DNA of 64,000 nt, taken from assembly GCA_963735805.1 (NCBI GenBank), contig CAVTMK010000003.1, positions 1 to 64,000 on the forward strand. Direction: 5' to 3'. Position 1 is the first letter of the stretch. Every line of letters begins with the position of its first letter. The translations under genes and the position numbers were made by a program. The DNA comes from an uncultured Verrucomicrobiae bacterium (GTDB taxonomy: Bacteria > Verrucomicrobiota > Verrucomicrobiia > Chthoniobacterales > UBA10450). The notes beneath the pieces are model-generated. The model did not search any database. It saw nothing but the letters and a program-made list of their open reading frames with translations, and was not told where the DNA came from. This document shows positions 60,476 through 64,000 of this stretch, piece by piece.

Positions 60476-60802
60476 TCAACTTCGTTGCAAACCTTCACCC
60501 AAAGCTTCTCCCAATCGGCGCAAGTAAGTAAAGCTATAAATTCCCGTGCCATGACCATCGGCCCAGCGCGGCTGCAATGCGTAGCCGCCTACGAGTTCGA
60601 ATCCGACGAGTTGAAAGCTCTTATCCGTATAAGTCACATGCGGCCGTGAAATATTGCCAAGCACATCGGGTTCGCCGCCGCATCCCGCGCAAGGACACGC
60701 ACGTCGCAGCGTCTCAAGATTAAAAAATGATTCCGATTCGTCGTTCCAGGAGACGGCAAGCTCGTCTCCTATCTGTTGAATATTTGTTGGTTCGAGCCGC
60801 AT
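60476..60802 (-). CDS. DUF971 (GBBH-like N-terminal) protein
   Basis: LRRACPCAGC..VGGYAL..W.DGHGTGIY. Confidence 0.88.
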   Translation of the reverse strand: MRLEPTNIQQIGDELAVSWNDESESFFNLETLRRACPCAGCGGEPDVLGNISRPHVTYTDKSFQLVGFELVGGYALQPRWADGHGTGIYSFTYLRRLGEALGEGLQRS

Positions 60803-61497
60803 TAGTCCTTTTGTCGCCTGGGTCGTTCACCAAAAATTGCCGTGCCCACACGCACCAGCGTAGCACCCTCCTGCACGGCAATCGGAAAATCATTTGTCAT
60901 ACCCATGGAAAGACGCGGGAGTTTAACGTCGAATTCTTTCTCGAGGGAGTCGCGCAGTTTTCGCAACTGCACAAAGAATTTCCGGGAGACTTCCGCCTGT
61001 TGCGCGAGCGGCGGAATACACATAAGCCCCTCAATCGACAATCGCGGAAGCCTAAGGAGAGATTCCATTTCGGCACGTAGAGTTTCTGGCTTAAAACCGA
61101 ATTTGCTCCCTTCCTCTGCTACATTTATCTCCAGTAGCGCACGCGACTGGATCCCCTCCTCAACTCCAATGCGGCTCATTTCCTGCGCCAGCGCAAGCGA
61201 ATCGACACTGTGAAAGAGTTCGAACAAAGGCAACGCGTGGCGAATTTTGTTTTTCTGGAGATGTCCTACAAAATGCCACCGCAAATTTGATGGCAACTCT
61301 GGAATTTTCGCCCGTGCTTCCTGAACCCGGCTTTCCCCAAAAAGTCTTTGCCCGGATTCGACTGCCTCACGCACTTTCTCGGCCGGATGCGTTTTGGTAA
61401 TTGCGACAAGCTCGATTTCGTTCACTGCGCGACCGGCTTTTGTAACCGCTTCCGCGATCTGCTCTCGAACACGCTCAAGATTTTCGGCGACATCCAT
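60802..61497 (-). CDS. yggS: PLP homeostasis protein YggS
   Basis: AITKT, FGESRVQE, WHFVGHLQKNK, LSMGMT.D, VRVGTAIFG. Confidence 0.95.
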   Translation of the reverse strand: MDVAENLERVREQIAEAVTKAGRAVNEIELVAITKTHPAEKVREAVESGQRLFGESRVQEARAKIPELPSNLRWHFVGHLQKNKIRHALPLFELFHSVDSLALAQEMSRIGVEEGIQSRALLEINVAEEGSKFGFKPETLRAEMESLLRLPRLSIEGLMCIPPLAQQAEVSRKFFVQLRKLRDSLEKEFDVKLPRLSMGMTNDFPIAVQEGATLVRVGTAIFGERPRRQKD

Positions 61498-61606
61498 TAA
61501 CTACAACTCTAATAAATTCTGTCCGTTCTGAAACCTCATGGTAGGACGTTGGTCCGGTCACTATTTGCTGGCAAACCGCTCGGAAATGACCCAGAACGAA
61601 GTCGAT

Positions 61607-61894
61607 ATGAAACGCTATTTACTCCTTCTCGGAATCATTGTCGCCTGTTCCAGTTTACTCGCCCAGGAAAAAACCAGTATCCAGGCTAATGCCACTGTAC
61701 TCAGCATCCTTCAGGCCAATGCCGGCAAAGCTGTCGAGTTGCACTTGAGATCTGGAGAAAAGGTCGGAGGGAGAGTCGGCCAAGTGACCGACAACATTGT
61801 CTATCTCTCCCATCTGACCGGGGCCGAGTTTTTCGACGCCTTCATAGACGTGAAAGACGTTTCGGCGGTGGTAATTCGTGCAGCAGGCAGATAG
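61607..61894 (+). CDS. Small secreted hypothetical protein (Sm-like fold possible)
   Basis: Signal peptide; GK.V.L.L.SG..G.V..L.G.EFFDA. Confidence 0.65.
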   Translation: MKRYLLLLGIIVACSSLLAQEKTSIQANATVLSILQANAGKAVELHLRSGEKVGGRVGQVTDNIVYLSHLTGAEFFDAFIDVKDVSAVVIRAAGR

Positions 61895-62013
61895 CGATCG
61901 CTGCACGCATTAGGCTTAAACGTCGGACCCTTCGTTTTTCTTCTATACTTCGTGGCACTGGCCGCCGGAATTCTTATTCTCATCGGCGAATAGAGTACCC
62001 ATGGCGTTCTGCG

Positions 62014-62748
62014 TTAGGCGCCCGGCGTCGGACTCTTACTGATCTTCGATTCCAGTAGCTCCACCATTTGTTTCGCCAGTTTCGGACCGATGCCGGCTTC
62101 CTCGTGCTTGAAGTAAATGAATGCGTCCGTCCAGTTGTCGGTCTGTTCCTGGACGAAATGCACCCAGCGTTCAACGTCGCTGTGTGCATAATCCTCACGC
62201 CGTAATCGTAAATAACCCCAGCCCGTCGTCGCCACTCTCGGCGTTTCCAACTTTTCAGTATCAGCGATACACAGCGCGGCGCCCCGCGTCCGCAATGCTT
62301 CAAAGACCTCGTCATCAAACCATGACTCGTGACGGAATTCGAATGCAGCGTGCATTCCGGCAGGAAGACCATTTAAGAAGTCGCCAAGCACAAAAGTCTC
62401 CTTCTTGAAGTTGGGCGGGAGTTGAAACAGCACTGGTCCCAATTTTTCGCCAAGCAATGAAACAACATCATAAAAATATCGCAGAGTATCTGCGCAATCG
62501 CGCAGTTTTAACCAATGCGTGATCTTCTGCGGCGCTTTTAACGCGAAGCGAAAATTGCCCGGAGTTAGCGCCTTCCAATTATCGATCGTCTTCGGCGCGG
62601 GAATCCGATGAAATGTGTAATTGATTTCCGTAGTCGAAAGTCGTTCTGCATAAAATGGCAGCATCTTTGCCGAGGGCAGGTCTTCCGGGTAAAAGTTTCC
62701 CTTCCACTCGGCATACTGAAACCCCGATGTACCGATCCAGCACTTCAT
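62014..62748 (-). CDS. DUF72 domain protein
   Basis: IGTSG..W.G.FYP, EINYTFH, KAP..ITH, LFQLPP, EFRHESW. Confidence 0.9.
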   Translation of the reverse strand: MKCWIGTSGFQYAEWKGNFYPEDLPSAKMLPFYAERLSTTEINYTFHRIPAPKTIDNWKALTPGNFRFALKAPQKITHWLKLRDCADTLRYFYDVVSLLGEKLGPVLFQLPPNFKKETFVLGDFLNGLPAGMHAAFEFRHESWFDDEVFEALRTRGAALCIADTEKLETPRVATTGWGYLRLRREDYAHSDVERWVHFVQEQTDNWTDAFIYFKHEEAGIGPKLAKQMVELLESKISKSPTPGA

Positions 62749-62932
62749 AAAGGCGTCCAGACGAAAATTCCCCAGACAAAAGTCCGCTTCAAGGAGCAAG
62801 AAAGATTTTTTTCGCGTCCGCCGCTGAAGCTAAATCCGAATTTACTATAACGGCGTGTTCTTTGGGCCCGCTCCATTCAAGCGGGAGGAGAACATTTAGC
62901 AACGCCGCAACTAAACCAAGAAGGGGGAAATC

Positions 62933-63310
62933 ATGAAAAAAATGCTCTTAAGCATTGCTTTGATAGTGGTGGCATCAGTTGCGTGGGGGCAGACCACGCG
63001 GCAACCGCTCATGAACGAGCGAACAGTGCCGCAACAGCCGCAGCGGGCTGCAACCACCACAACAACCACTACGGAAGGAACAGGGACAATCACGGAATAC
63101 ACTCCGGGAAGTGCAATCGTCCTCCGGGAAAGCAGCGGACCGGTTCGCTATCGCTTCGGTAAGACGGTTACGTATGTGACTCGAAGCGGCAGGGTTCTGG
63201 ACGAAAATACGGTAAGAACGAGAGTCAAAGTCGGGACTCCCGTTCGCGTGCATTACATAGGAACAGGCCCCAACATGGCGGTCGATCGAGTGATCCTCGA
63301 AGAGGATTAA
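62933..63310 (+). CDS. Secreted OB-fold-like hypothetical protein with Thr tract
   Basis: Signal peptide; TTTTTTT; GTITEY.PG..VKVG.PVRVHY. Confidence 0.7.
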   Translation: MKKMLLSIALIVVASVAWGQTTRQPLMNERTVPQQPQRAATTTTTTTEGTGTITEYTPGSAIVLRESSGPVRYRFGKTVTYVTRSGRVLDENTVRTRVKVGTPVRVHYIGTGPNMAVDRVILEED

Positions 63311-63459
63311 TTTCTAAGCTCGTTTGTCTCCAGCGCGCCTTTCTGTTCTGCGCTCAGTGGAACGGTAAAGGCGCGCGTTGTTTGGAGACTGTACCATGAA
63401 GGTTTCGACTCGCTCGAACGCCGTTCAATGTTACATAAGTGTCGCCAACCGAAGATTTC

Positions 63460-64000
63460 ATGGCCACTGAAATGCTCGCTGCCCGCGCTATAAGCATTTT
63501 GCACGACTGGGTGCCGTCCGAGAGTTTGCGCAAACATTGCTATGCCGTTGCCGACTCGATGAAGCATTTTGCCAAAGTGCGCGGAGAAGATGGCGATCTA
63601 TGGGAAGCAGTAGGTCTTCTGCACGACATGGATTATGAACGCCATCCCAACCTTGAACGCAGCTCCACTGAAGGCCACCCATTCGTGGGAGTTGCATGGC
63701 TTCGCGATCACGGATGGAGCGAAGAAGTCTGCCGCGCGATTCTTTCGCACGCAGACTACGCCAACGTTTCGCGTCAAACGCCTCTCGAAAAAACGCTCTA
63801 CGCAGTTGATGAACTAAGCAGCTTCGCCGTCGCCGTCGCGTTGGTTCGGCCAACAAAGAGTATTCACGATGTCGACGTTCGAGCCGTAAAAAAGAAGATG
63901 AAAGACAAAGCGTTCGCCCGGGCTGTGAACCGCGAGGACATCCTTCGCGGTGCGGAGCAACTTGGCATGCCAATCGACACTGTCATCGCCGAGGTGATTA
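63460..64000 (+). CDS. HD/HDIG-domain protein (runs off the window; absent from the ORF track)
   Basis: Manual translation MATEML..SLRKHCYAV..VGLLHDMDYERHP..AILSH..DEL. Confidence 0.85.
   Translation, partial: MATEMLAARAISILHDWVPSESLRKHCYAVADSMKHFAKVRGEDGDLWEAVGLLHDMDYERHPNLERSSTEGHPFVGVAWLRDHGWSEEVCRAILSHADYANVSRQTPLEKTLYAVDELSSFAVAVALVRPTKSIHDVDVRAVKKKMKDKAFARAVNREDILRGAEQLGMPIDTVIAEVI

Noticed and set aside
55225..64000. Classical tRNA-integrated island at tRNA-Ile
   Set aside because: No duplicated tRNA 3' end and no integrase seen downstream

Overview
Soil Verrucomicrobiota DNA; by my recall the 16S V4 region matches Chthoniobacterales/Ca. Udaeobacter (DA101), which needs a database check. 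There are about 65 protein genes, one 16S rRNA gene and two tRNAs. No CRISPR, transposase or integrase was recognised. Three things stand out. (1) A dismembered rRNA operon: 16S (own promoter, boxA, intact processing stem, terminator-like hairpin), 3 protein genes bracketed by a duplicated 38-bp hairpin, tRNA-Ala(TGC), 3 more genes, tRNA-Ile(GAT), then a convergent MBOAT gene where 23S would normally be. (2) A variable region (about 1-12.7 kb) of small secreted-protein genes interleaved with integron attC-like sites and half-sites but no integrase. It also carries a repeated module made of a Pro/Thr/Arg-rich C-terminal tail plus a conserved ~165-bp downstream element ending in a GTAG-type REP-like hairpin; one copy caps a Bacteroidota-like metallopeptidase. 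(3) Many small palindromic or heptamer repeats, some inside coding sequences. The rest is ordinary accessory and housekeeping content (MoxR-DUF58-transglutaminase, oxidoreductases, ABC-F, cyclase-TPR, S9 peptidase, PadR-permease, manA, yggS). All calls come from motif reading by eye; no searches were run.
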